From the NCBI GenBank assembly GCA_964631745.1, contig CAZVWV010000002.1:999-64998 (forward strand): DNA of 64,000 bases, given 5' to 3'. This stretch comes from an uncultured Bdellovibrionales bacterium (lineage in GTDB: Bacteria > Bdellovibrionota_C > UBA2361 > JBGSMV01). The translations under genes and the position numbers were made by a program. Shown here piece by piece: positions 55,570 to 64,000 of the stretch (its first letter is position 1; every line of letters starts with the position of its first letter). Below the pieces are notes generated by a model. The model did no database searches, had not been told where the DNA came from, and saw nothing but the letters and a program-made list of their open reading frames with translations.

Positions 55570-56154
55570 ATGACGCATGAACTGCCCCCACTTCCTTACG
55601 ATTACGAAGCGCTCGAGCCCCATATTGACGGCCAAACCATGCGGCTTCACCACGACAAGCACCATCTTGCTTACGTAAACGGCCTCAACAAGGCTGAAGA
55701 GATGTTGGCCAAGGCCCGCGAAACCAACGACTTTTCGCTCGTCAAACATTGGGAACGTGAAGCTGCATTTCACGGGGCTGGTCATTTTTTGCACTGTATT
55801 TTTTGGGAGAACATGGGTCCAAATTGTGGTGGTGAACCAACTGGAAAGCTCGCAGATGGTATCAATGCTAGATTTGGCACTTTCAAATCCTTCATGACGC
55901 ACTTCAAGGCTGCTGGCGCCGCTGTTGAGGGGTCCGGTTGGGTATTGCTCGTGAAGAATAACATGACCAAGGCTTTGGATATCTTAACAGCCGAGAAACA
56001 TCAGGATCTGACCCAATGGGTGGTTACGCCACTCTTGGTTTGCGATGTTTGGGAGCATGCCTATTATTTAAAATATCAGAACAATAGAGGCGCATACCTG
56101 GATGCCTTTCAGAATGTGATTAACTGGAAAGACGTGGCACAGCGACTTGGTTGA
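55570..56154 (+). CDS. sod: Fe/Mn superoxide dismutase
   Basis: LPPLPYDYEALEPHIDGQTMRLHHDKHH and the C-terminal DVWEHAYY signature. Confidence 0.9.
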   Translation: MTHELPPLPYDYEALEPHIDGQTMRLHHDKHHLAYVNGLNKAEEMLAKARETNDFSLVKHWEREAAFHGAGHFLHCIFWENMGPNCGGEPTGKLADGINARFGTFKSFMTHFKAAGAAVEGSGWVLLVKNNMTKALDILTAEKHQDLTQWVVTPLLVCDVWEHAYYLKYQNNRGAYLDAFQNVINWKDVAQRLG

Positions 56155-56164
56155 TCAATTTTGG

Positions 56165-56521
56165 CTAAGCCAGTTTGGAATGCGTGCTAGGCTCAATTTC
56201 CCGCACTTCCACCGTCAGGCGGCATCGCAAAGTTGCGAGACTCTCTGCGAAGGCCGTGCGCAGATACGTCAGCATAGCAGCGCTTAAGTTCTGCCGGATT
56301 TCCGTCTCTCTACCTGCTAACATAGCGATGCCAAGGTGGATAAAGGCGTTTGATTGAGACCCGTCGCCGATATAATAATTTTGGTGCACGATAACACGGC
56401 TTTTTAGGTCTTTGAGATCAAAGGGGGCGTGTTGCAGTGCCAGGTCGTGTAAGCCTCGAAAAAAGCCCTCACCCGGACGCTCCAGCACGTTTTCAGATAT
56501 TTCAAGCACTAGGTGTGGCAC
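56165..56521 (-). CDS. 5-carboxymethyl-2-hydroxymuconate isomerase family protein (HpcD-like)
   Basis: With the GTG start at 56521 the product begins (M)PHLVLEISENVLE..., co-linear with E. coli HpcD MPHFIVECSDNIRE...IRSRVHWVD. The track ORF starts further upstream at 56575. Confidence 0.65.
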   Translation of the reverse strand: MPHLVLEISENVLERPGEGFFRGLHDLALQHAPFDLKDLKSRVIVHQNYYIGDGSQSNAFIHLGIAMLAGRETEIRQNLSAAMLTYLRTAFAESLATLRCRLTVEVREIEPSTHSKLA

Positions 56522-56731
56522 GCCCGGTACTTTACAGGTTCTTGACCTCGGCTTCAACTTTTGGCCAAGAAGCATCGGGGCGACATTTGGCGGCCAGGTT
56601 GCAGCTAAACCCCTAATATTGACTGGAAATTACGCCAAAAACGTACCCCACACTATCCACTTAACTTTTTTAAGGGACATTCCGACAGGTTCTCCGTAAA
56701 GTTATGCTTATTCATTCCAAAGGAGATTTAA

Positions 56732-57514
56732 ATGAAAAGAGTCATAAAGAAACTGACATGCTGTGCGTTCGTATTCGCTGCTTGCGTGTCGACACCCTTA
56801 TTCGCCGATGATGCCGCAGTCGCTGCGGGCGCGACGGATGAGAAGCCCTGGTCTGTGGACATGAGCGTTGCCTTAGTTTCCGATTATATGTTTCGTGGAC
56901 AGGATTTGTATGATGGTTCGGCCATCCAGCCCTATGTGGGAGGAAGCTATGATACCGGCTACGGAAAGCTTGGCGCTTTTGGCTGGATGCATATCTCCGC
57001 TGACGGCAGCACTAATGTCCAGGATTTTACAGAACTAGATCTCGGAATAAATTATGAGGTAGATTTCAAACCGTTAACATTTGGCGTTGGAAATCTTTGG
57101 TATACATACCCAAATGATAACGATGGCATCAAGGATACTGCCGAAGTTTTCTTTAGTGTGGCCCTTGATGACAGCGAGCTCAATGATTTTTATACATTGA
57201 GCCCAAAATTTACATTCTATAACGACTACAAAGAGATCGATTATGAATATTATGAACTCACTTTGAGCCATGAATATTCAGGTGGAAGTTTTGGTGATGA
57301 TGCCACGCTGACACCCTACGTAACCTTCGGCTTTGCCTCAAACGGCGAAAAAGTTTACGCAGAGAACGGCCTTGAGCAAGTTACGGAAGGCTTGAGTCTT
57401 GCGCTACCACTAGGCGAGATGACAGTTACACCTAACCTAAATTACACCCATGGCATAGATGACCTAGCCAGGGATCAATTCTGGTTTGGAGTGACTCTGG
57501 GCTACAGTCTCTAA
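56732..57514 (+). CDS. Outer-membrane beta-barrel protein of the Gcw_chp (TIGR02001) family
   Basis: Signal peptide. VSDYMFRGQDLYDGSAIQPYVGGSY is the hallmark of Gcw_chp proteins. Alternating amphipathic strands and a C-terminal aromatic-rich strand. Confidence 0.55.
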   Translation: MKRVIKKLTCCAFVFAACVSTPLFADDAAVAAGATDEKPWSVDMSVALVSDYMFRGQDLYDGSAIQPYVGGSYDTGYGKLGAFGWMHISADGSTNVQDFTELDLGINYEVDFKPLTFGVGNLWYTYPNDNDGIKDTAEVFFSVALDDSELNDFYTLSPKFTFYNDYKEIDYEYYELTLSHEYSGGSFGDDATLTPYVTFGFASNGEKVYAENGLEQVTEGLSLALPLGEMTVTPNLNYTHGIDDLARDQFWFGVTLGYSL

Positions 57515-57531
57515 GCGGCCCGATTAAATCC

Positions 57532-57570
57532 GCCCGCTAAATGCAGCGATGCTTTAGCGGGCGGGTCTTT
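57532..57570. terminator. Bidirectional rho-independent terminator between the convergent outer-membrane-protein and sufS genes
   Basis: Perfect 10-bp stem GCCCGCTAAA / TTTAGCGGGC with an 11-nt loop, followed by GGGTCTTT. An A-rich tract lies on the other side. Confidence 0.55.
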
Positions 57571-57607
57571 GCACAATATCCACAAAATATCCGCACAGCT
57601 CCCACCC

Positions 57608-58858
57608 TTATTGAAATAGTTTACGCGCATATCGCAGAGCTTCCTTGAGACGCAAGATATCTTCAAGGTCTGAATAAACACCGAAACTAATTCGAGCCGA
57701 GGATTGCAGACCAAGTTTATGAAGCGTTGGCATGGCACAGTGGTGCCCGCCTCTAAATTGCACATTGAACTGGTCGGCTACACTTGAAAGATCGTGAGGA
57801 TGCACACCCTCTAGATTAAAAGAAATTATCGAGGCCTGCGCCCCGCCCACATTAGCAGGACCATATAATTTCACCCCAGGCTCAGACTTCATGATTTCCC
57901 AGGTTTTGTTAAACAGCGCAGACTCGTGTTCTTGCAAACGGGTCCGGCCCACTTGCTCGACAAATCCGATCGCCTCTGCCAACGCTATCACTTCTGCTAT
58001 GGCAGGAGTGCCAGCTTCAAACTTCTGGGGAATCGCGGCGTAGGTCGAACCCCGCGTAGTCACGCTCTGGATCATGTCTCCCCCACCCTGAAACGGTTGC
58101 ATTAGTTCAAGCCATCGGGCTTTACCATACAGCACGCCCACGCCCGTGGGGCCGTATAATTTATGCCCAGATAACGCTAAGAAGTCACAGTCAAGATCGA
58201 CCACATTAATTGGTGTGTGCACCACAGACTGGGCCGCGTCCACAAGAACTACTGTGCCAACTTCATGAGCGACTGCGGTAAGCTCTTTTATGGGAACCAC
58301 GCTACCCAAAGAGTTTGCAACTTGTGTAATAGCTAAGAGTTTCGGTTTTAGGGTTTTAAGCTTCTGTTTTGCATCCTCTACCGACAAAGCTCCATTAGAA
58401 TCGATCTCAATCCACTCAATCGAAAGTTGTTTGCGCTCGGCCAAAAGTTGCCACGGCACGATATTACTGTGATGTTCCAGTAAACTAAGTAAGATGACGT
58501 CGCCGGCCTTGAAGTAATTCTCAAAAGCATATGCAACTAAATTGATGGCTTCGGTGGTGCCGCGAGTGAAAATTATTTCACGGGAACTCCCTGCCCCGAT
58601 AAAACCTGCGACTAGATCACGGGTATGCTCATAGCCTTCCGTCGCTTTAGCGCTGAGCTTATAAGCGCCTCTGTGAATATTGGCATGCTCAAAAGAAAGG
58701 TAATCGCGCAATCGATCGATCACCGCCGCTGGCTTTTGACTAGATGCGGCTGTGTCTAGATATGCAAGCGGTGCCTCCGCTGTATATTTTGAGTAGATCG
58801 GAAAATGCCCGCGGATATTCTTTCCAGGTTGTAATGCGCCCTCTTTCATTGCGCGCAT
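57608..58858 (-). CDS. sufS: Cysteine desulfurase, SufS/CsdA group II (aminotransferase class V)
   Basis: PLP lysine in SGHKLYGPTGVGVLYGK, and the active-site cysteine in RGGHHCAMP, characteristic of group II. Confidence 0.85.
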   Translation of the reverse strand: MRAMKEGALQPGKNIRGHFPIYSKYTAEAPLAYLDTAASSQKPAAVIDRLRDYLSFEHANIHRGAYKLSAKATEGYEHTRDLVAGFIGAGSSREIIFTRGTTEAINLVAYAFENYFKAGDVILLSLLEHHSNIVPWQLLAERKQLSIEWIEIDSNGALSVEDAKQKLKTLKPKLLAITQVANSLGSVVPIKELTAVAHEVGTVVLVDAAQSVVHTPINVVDLDCDFLALSGHKLYGPTGVGVLYGKARWLELMQPFQGGGDMIQSVTTRGSTYAAIPQKFEAGTPAIAEVIALAEAIGFVEQVGRTRLQEHESALFNKTWEIMKSEPGVKLYGPANVGGAQASIISFNLEGVHPHDLSSVADQFNVQFRGGHHCAMPTLHKLGLQSSARISFGVYSDLEDILRLKEALRYARKLFQ

Positions 58859-58944
58859 AGCTTATTACATGCTCTCGATTAGTACAACGCGGCCCTCATC
58901 TATAGCACTTGCTCGTTTGCATGAGATAGCGGTACTTTTCGTGC

Positions 58945-59841
58945 ATGAGAACTTCAGCCTCATCAAGACCCACTGCTTGGGGGTGGCTCATCGCCCTAGC
59001 AAGCTTAATTTTGGGGATCATTTTGGTGGTGGGCATTTCGTTTTGCGCTTCGGATATTTATCGCACGATGCTTGTAAAGCGCGTGACATCATTGATCGAC
59101 GCTGGACGCTTTAGTCAAGCGGAGACGGAGCTGGCGAATTATTTTTCTCCCCCTTGGTTCTTAAGCTCTTTACGTGGTCGCTCTTTATCCCTAGCTACAA
59201 ATGCGCGCGATGATTCGCTCTCATTGCTGCGCAGCGTGGCCGCCGTTTATCGAAACGACATTAACAGTGCCCTTGGCTTTATCCCTAACGCTCAAAATGA
59301 AAAGTATCAAGAATTTCGAGTACTCTTGAGCGAACTTGATCACACACGCGATGAGTTGCAAAACACGCGCTCCGAGCTTTTTAGGCTACGAGGTTGGTTA
59401 GATAATTTTCCAACACAGTATGACTCTATCGCAAAAGCATTTGGAGAGCTCTTTTCGCTGACCCCGGTGAGATACGAAGGTGAATCCAGATCGCTCCCTA
59501 TATATGAATCTGGAGTGCTGCAGGGGTTACCCCAGCTTGCTAACCTAAGCGACGATATACCTGATTTCCCTGCGCTGGCCGGCGCACTTCAAGCGGCAGG
59601 GGGACAGGTGACATTGGAAGCCGCCGATCAGCATGAAGCTTTTCTTAGGCGAGTTGATGAACTGAGAACAACGCTAGCGGGGGCTCAAGAAGAGCGAGAA
59701 GATACCTTCAAAAGAATAGCGGAGCTGGAGGCCTTGGAACGCGCAGGCGCCGCCCAGAGGGTTTCCTTTGAACGAGAGCTAAAAATTAACGCACGTGCCT
59801 TTGTTAACGATTCGCTGCGCTTGGCCTGGGATTTGTTTTGA
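58945..59841 (+). CDS. Hypothetical membrane-anchored coiled-coil protein
   Basis: A single N-terminal TM (WGWLIALASLILGIILVVGISF) followed by helical, heptad-like sequence. No recognisable domain. Confidence 0.4.
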   Translation: MRTSASSRPTAWGWLIALASLILGIILVVGISFCASDIYRTMLVKRVTSLIDAGRFSQAETELANYFSPPWFLSSLRGRSLSLATNARDDSLSLLRSVAAVYRNDINSALGFIPNAQNEKYQEFRVLLSELDHTRDELQNTRSELFRLRGWLDNFPTQYDSIAKAFGELFSLTPVRYEGESRSLPIYESGVLQGLPQLANLSDDIPDFPALAGALQAAGGQVTLEAADQHEAFLRRVDELRTTLAGAQEEREDTFKRIAELEALERAGAAQRVSFERELKINARAFVNDSLRLAWDLF

Positions 59842-59963
59842 TTCTAAACAGCTAGCTAATTACCTTATTAGAGCAAAGCATTTAGTGACCGCCATTTTCA
59901 GGCGCGGCTTTAACCCAAAAACACCCCCAAAATAAGCGAAAAAAATAATCCTGCATTTTTTTC

Positions 59964-59992
59964 TTGCCTTACGGGTTTTCAAGCGCTAGAAT
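59964..59992 (+). promoter_or_regulatory. Sigma70-like promoter: TTGCCT, 17 nt, TAGAAT
   Basis: Hexamers at 59964..59969 and 59987..59992 with 17-nt spacing. About 350 nt upstream of the 60349 ORF. Confidence 0.35.
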
Positions 59993-60348
59993 GCTCGTTC
60001 TTCGCTGAAAGATAGAGAGTTTTTGTTTGTTATTTGACGTTTTGAGTCGAAGTTGTTAGTCGGAAAACTGTTAGGACCTTTGGCTGGGTGTAGGCTGAGT
60101 GGAAGCTGCCTGGAAGCTGAGTGTAGTTTGTTCACCAACAAGTAAGGTCACTGCCTATTATTATTTAGTGTTCTGAGAGCATTTTCGCCGGAGGGCATTT
60201 TTGAACGGGCGACAAGACCCAGTTCAAAATAGGGTTGTGTTGTTTGCGAAGTAAGTCTTGTCGGCGAACGATTACTAACCGGTAGCTAAACCGCGAAGTG
60301 TAGCTACATAACTGAAACTATTAACTTATTTACATTTGAGGTGTTTAA

Positions 60349-60699
60349 ATGAAATTTTGGTCTAATTCTGAAATTCCGCCCTACGGCCCATTTGTACCAG
60401 AAAAGCGACTTCTTGCAGCGGTTTTGCAGCGTGCGATCACAGATTTTCTTAGCGGTGACGGGGAACTAGCCGAAGGCGCCAAGGCTTGGCTCTTAGAAGA
60501 AGAATCTTCCGATGCTCCGCTTACATTCAGCTTCATCTGTGAAGCTCTCGATTTAGACAAGCCTGGCTTAACAAAGGCCATTCTTCGTCAATGCCAGCAG
60601 GACCGATCTCAAGCTGGCCAACTTCATGATGGCCAACTTCAACATGCCGGACAAAGTCACAATCAAGGTGACCAATACTTGCAACAAGCTGCGGTTTAG
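60349..60699 (+). CDS. Hypothetical protein with a Gln-rich tail
   Basis: ORF only. No domain recognised. Confidence 0.35.
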   Translation: MKFWSNSEIPPYGPFVPEKRLLAAVLQRAITDFLSGDGELAEGAKAWLLEEESSDAPLTFSFICEALDLDKPGLTKAILRQCQQDRSQAGQLHDGQLQHAGQSHNQGDQYLQQAAV

Positions 60700-60828
60700 T
60701 TTGTAAAACTTACCGAAATATCACGGCGAGACACACAGCAAGGCATGCAGCAGCGCCCTCCGGGGCGCTGCTGCTAGATTTAATCACTTGCAATCTTTTG
60801 CGACGCCAACAGCTTGCTTTTTTTGGCT

Positions 60829-60858
60829 TTGCCCCTTCCGCGCACCCTGGTATATAAT
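60829..60858 (+). promoter_or_regulatory. Sigma70-like promoter with an extended -10: TTGCCC, 18 nt, TGgTATATAAT
   Basis: Seen at 60829..60834 and 60848..60858, about 35 nt upstream of the 60891 start. Confidence 0.35.
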
Positions 60859-60890
60859 ACTAAGTAAGAGTAATTATTGTATTAACCCAG

Positions 60891-61157
60891 ATGGATTCAT
60901 CGGCTAGCAGAGGAAATGACCCTAAACGTTGGGAAGCGTTATTGGCGTTGCTAGACGAAAAACTTCAGCTAGGATTGCTCGGATATATTTCAAGAGTTGC
61001 CTCATATCACTTTGAAAACGAATTGCTTTTTATCGAGCCAGGTAATGAGGAAGATGCCGCCTATTTGAAACGTGATGCGGTATTACGTCAACTTGAGCTT
61101 TTTGCTCAGGAAGCAGCCAAGATAGAGAAGGTCAAAATTAAGACTAATACCCCCTAA
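60891..61157 (+). CDS. Small hypothetical protein (88 aa), possibly a DnaA domain-I-like fold
   Basis: W..L..L...L....GY......Y.F...L..IEPGN......L.......L.L pattern. Weak; inference only. Confidence 0.3.
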   Translation: MDSSASRGNDPKRWEALLALLDEKLQLGLLGYISRVASYHFENELLFIEPGNEEDAAYLKRDAVLRQLELFAQEAAKIEKVKIKTNTP

Positions 61158-61283
61158 GGGGGTAAAAAATGACCTAACTTCGAGACACGTTTATCTTACT
61201 ATTTTATCTCACGATGGGGCTGCGTGCCTTCCCCACCCTTCCCCGTGTAATTTAATAAAAATTTTGAGTATATTGATAAGATT

Positions 61284-63092
61284 ATGAAAAGCTCAGAACT
61301 ACCAAAAGACGATCTCTATAAAATAAGACACTCGCTGGCGCATGTTATGGCGCAGGCTGTGCTAAAAATTCGCCCGCACGCCAAACTCGCATTCGGGCCT
61401 CCGATTGATACTGGGTGTTACTATGATTTTCTTTTTGATCAGCCACTTACCAGTAATGACTTCGTCACTATCGAAAATAACATGCGCGCCATCATCAAGG
61501 AGAAACAAGAATTCATCGGCTCCTCACGCCCAGTGAAAGAGGCCTGCGATTTTTTGAGGGCGCAAAATGAGAACTTCAAGCTCGAATATTGCGAAGAGCT
61601 AATTAGTAAGGGGGAAACTACGATCGGATTTTACAAGAACGGCCCTTTTGAAGATATGTGCGCCGGTCCCCACCTCAAACACACGGGCGAAATTCCGAGG
61701 GATTGTTTCAAAATAGACTCATTGGCGGGTGCCTATTGGCGCGGCGATGAGAACAATCCCCAGCTGACCCGCATCTACTGCTTAGCTTTTTCAACTAAGG
61801 CCGAACTTGACCAATACATTGAGAATCGCAAATTGGCCATGGAACGGGATCACAGAAAGCTCGGCAAAGAATTAGAGCTCTTCATGTTCTCGGATCAAGT
61901 TGGACCTGGACTTCCACTTTGGATGCCAAACGGGACCGTCATCCGGGAGGCGCTTGAAGCGTTAGCCAAAGAGACGGAGCAACGTTACGCATATCAGCGC
62001 GTTGCCACACCGCACCTGGCAAAAGAGGAATTGTACCTAACCTCAGGACATCTGCCATTTTACAAAGACTCGATGTTTCCGCCCATGCAGTTGGAGGGCG
62101 AGTCGAACTATTACCTTAAGGCTATGAACTGCCCGCATCACCATATGATTTACGGGCACCGGCCTCGAAGTTACCGGGAACTGCCGTTGCGCTTAGCCGA
62201 GTACGGCAACTGTTACCGGTTCGAAGCTTCCGGAACTCTGGCGGGTTTATTGCGCGTGCGTTCCTTGGCCATGAATGACGCCCATATTTATTGCACGATC
62301 GAGCAGCTTAAAGCGGAGTTGAAAAACACCTTTAAGATGACCATTGATTATTACGAGATGTTTCGTTTTAAGAATGTGCGTGTGCGCGTATCCACTCATG
62401 ACCCACTTAACAAAGAGAAATTTGTCGACAACCCCGAGCTTTGGAAATTCTCGGAAGAAGTCGTGGAAGAGGTCGCCAAAGAGATGGGCGTTGAATATTT
62501 TGTCGGACAAGGCGAGGCTGCCTTTTACGGACCCAAGATCGACTTTCAAGCTTCGACCATGCTTGGTCGGGAAGAAAGCATCAGCACCACTCAGCTAGAT
62601 TTTGCGAGCCCAATTCGGTTCGGGTTAGCTTATACCGCTGAAGATGGTAAAGAGCATAAACCTTACATCGTGCATCGAGCGCCGCTTGGAACACACGAAC
62701 GCTTTTTGGCGTTTTTGATTGAGCATTTTGGTGGGGCCTTTCCGACCTGGATGTCGCCCAAGCAACTAAGAATAATCCCCGTGGGTGAAAAGTTTAACGA
62801 GGCCGCGCACAACCTAGCGCAACGCTTGCGTGACAAGTTGATACGCGTCGATCTAGACGATTCGGATAATTCCTTTAATAAGAAAATTCGCGAAGCCGTA
62901 ACGCACAAGATCCCAAATATGGCGATCTTAGGTGGCCGTGAGGTAGAAAACGGCACGGTAACACTGCGACGCTACGCCGTGCCCGAACAAGTTACTATGA
63001 CTCAGGACGAACTGCTGGCGAGGCTGCTGATGTTAAACGAAAAGCGCATAATGGATAACTTCCCCGATATGGTTATTCCGGACAAGCTTTAG
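61284..63092 (+). CDS. thrS: Threonyl-tRNA synthetase (short form lacking the N-terminal TGS domain)
   Basis: Starts directly in the editing domain (IRHSLAHVMAQAV... vs E. coli IRHSCAHLLGHAI at residue ~70). Class II motifs and C-terminal anticodon-binding domain. 602 aa. Confidence 0.9.
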   Translation: MKSSELPKDDLYKIRHSLAHVMAQAVLKIRPHAKLAFGPPIDTGCYYDFLFDQPLTSNDFVTIENNMRAIIKEKQEFIGSSRPVKEACDFLRAQNENFKLEYCEELISKGETTIGFYKNGPFEDMCAGPHLKHTGEIPRDCFKIDSLAGAYWRGDENNPQLTRIYCLAFSTKAELDQYIENRKLAMERDHRKLGKELELFMFSDQVGPGLPLWMPNGTVIREALEALAKETEQRYAYQRVATPHLAKEELYLTSGHLPFYKDSMFPPMQLEGESNYYLKAMNCPHHHMIYGHRPRSYRELPLRLAEYGNCYRFEASGTLAGLLRVRSLAMNDAHIYCTIEQLKAELKNTFKMTIDYYEMFRFKNVRVRVSTHDPLNKEKFVDNPELWKFSEEVVEEVAKEMGVEYFVGQGEAAFYGPKIDFQASTMLGREESISTTQLDFASPIRFGLAYTAEDGKEHKPYIVHRAPLGTHERFLAFLIEHFGGAFPTWMSPKQLRIIPVGEKFNEAAHNLAQRLRDKLIRVDLDDSDNSFNKKIREAVTHKIPNMAILGGREVENGTVTLRRYAVPEQVTMTQDELLARLLMLNEKRIMDNFPDMVIPDKL

Positions 63093-63105
63093 CTAGTAGG
63101 ATCAA

Positions 63106-63315
63106 ATGGCAACCAACGGCTACAAGTGCCCCAACTGTAACACCAGCTTTTTGGAGAAGAGCAAAGATTTCCCGTTTTGCTCCGCACGCTGCCGGCTGAT
63201 AGACTTGGGCGCCTGGGCCAAGGAGCAGTATCGCATTAAGGGGCCTGAGGTTACGGAGCCGGAATCCGGCTCTACCGCGAACGAGGAGAGCGATGATGTG
63301 GGAACGATTAAGTAG
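63106..63315 (+). CDS. yacG: DNA gyrase inhibitor YacG (zinc-ribbon protein)
   Basis: CPNC...FCSARCRLIDLGAWA matches the YacG signature CP.C......PFCS.RC.LIDLG.W. Confidence 0.75.
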   Translation: MATNGYKCPNCNTSFLEKSKDFPFCSARCRLIDLGAWAKEQYRIKGPEVTEPESGSTANEESDDVGTIK

Positions 63316-63431
63316 CTTGCGATATTCGATACCAGATTAGTCTCAAAATATCTTAGCCCCATAAGCTCCTACAATTACTACATTAAAGTTTGCATTTTGC
63401 CTGCGCCCTTCGGTCTTCTGCCCCCATCTAA

Positions 63432-64000
<569 letters not shown>

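Noticed and set aside
55558-55902. 114-aa minus-strand ORF
   Set aside because: It completely overlaps the unambiguous superoxide dismutase gene on the plus strand.

Overview
This 64-kb window is chromosomal DNA from a Gram-negative bacterium, roughly 50% GC. Housekeeping blocks alternate with accessory, apparently horizontally acquired islands. Gram-negative origin is supported by MlaA, Lgt, a Gcw_chp-type outer-membrane barrel and ArnC/ArnT-like enzymes. A deltaproteobacterial or Bdellovibrio-like lineage is only a guess.

Left third (1-18.6 kb), all on the minus strand. This is a glycan or lipid-modification island. It contains several paralogous polytopic membrane glycosyltransferases of the ArnT/PMT-like GT-C fold: one is intact, one runs off the window start, one appears frameshifted, and one is truncated by an IS66 remnant. 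An ArnC/GtrB-like GT2 polyprenyl-phosphate glycosyltransferase follows. Next is a tightly overlapping sugar-tailoring operon: a DegT aminotransferase, two paralogous SAM methyltransferases, an SDR epimerase/dehydratase, an ATP-grasp ligase, a metallophosphoesterase, two tandem BNR/Asp-box beta-propeller paralogs and a WbqC-like protein. The island also carries a decayed HisRS-like pseudogene and an MqsR/MqsA toxin-antitoxin pair with its operator palindromes. The tailoring block is bracketed by two inverted, about 575-bp near-identical remnants of an IS66-family element at 4589..5163 and 18049..18626, plus a third nested 77-bp fragment.

Middle (18.8-31.2 kb). A NADH:quinone oxidoreductase operon, nuoCDEFGH-JKLMN, on the minus strand. 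nuoA, nuoB and nuoI are conspicuously absent from the locus.

Then (31.3-37.9 kb). A HelD-like helicase that would bind RNA polymerase sits next to a dense island of three toxin-antitoxin or abortive-infection-type modules: HepT/MntA, an AbiEii-like nucleotidyltransferase with an unusual BrnA-like fused partner, and a HigB(Gp49)/HTH-XRE pair. The island also holds a GC-rich acidic low-complexity ORF, a start-less gene remnant, and operator-like repeats.

Right third. Ordinary genes: an SGNH hydrolase with thrombospondin type-3 repeats, map, an Sfp-type phosphopantetheinyl transferase, the acyl-CoA (methylcrotonyl-type) carboxylase beta and alpha subunits, a 1320-aa CHASE-PAS-GAF hybrid histidine kinase, panE, srkA, lgt, a YidE/YbjL-family transporter, mlaA, a thrombospondin-repeat protein, Fe/Mn superoxide dismutase, an HpcD-like isomerase, a Gcw_chp outer-membrane barrel, sufS, several small hypothetical ORFs with recognisable sigma70-like promoters, thrS lacking its TGS domain, yacG, and the 5' part of fcl.

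No CRISPR array, rRNA or intact tRNA gene was found.
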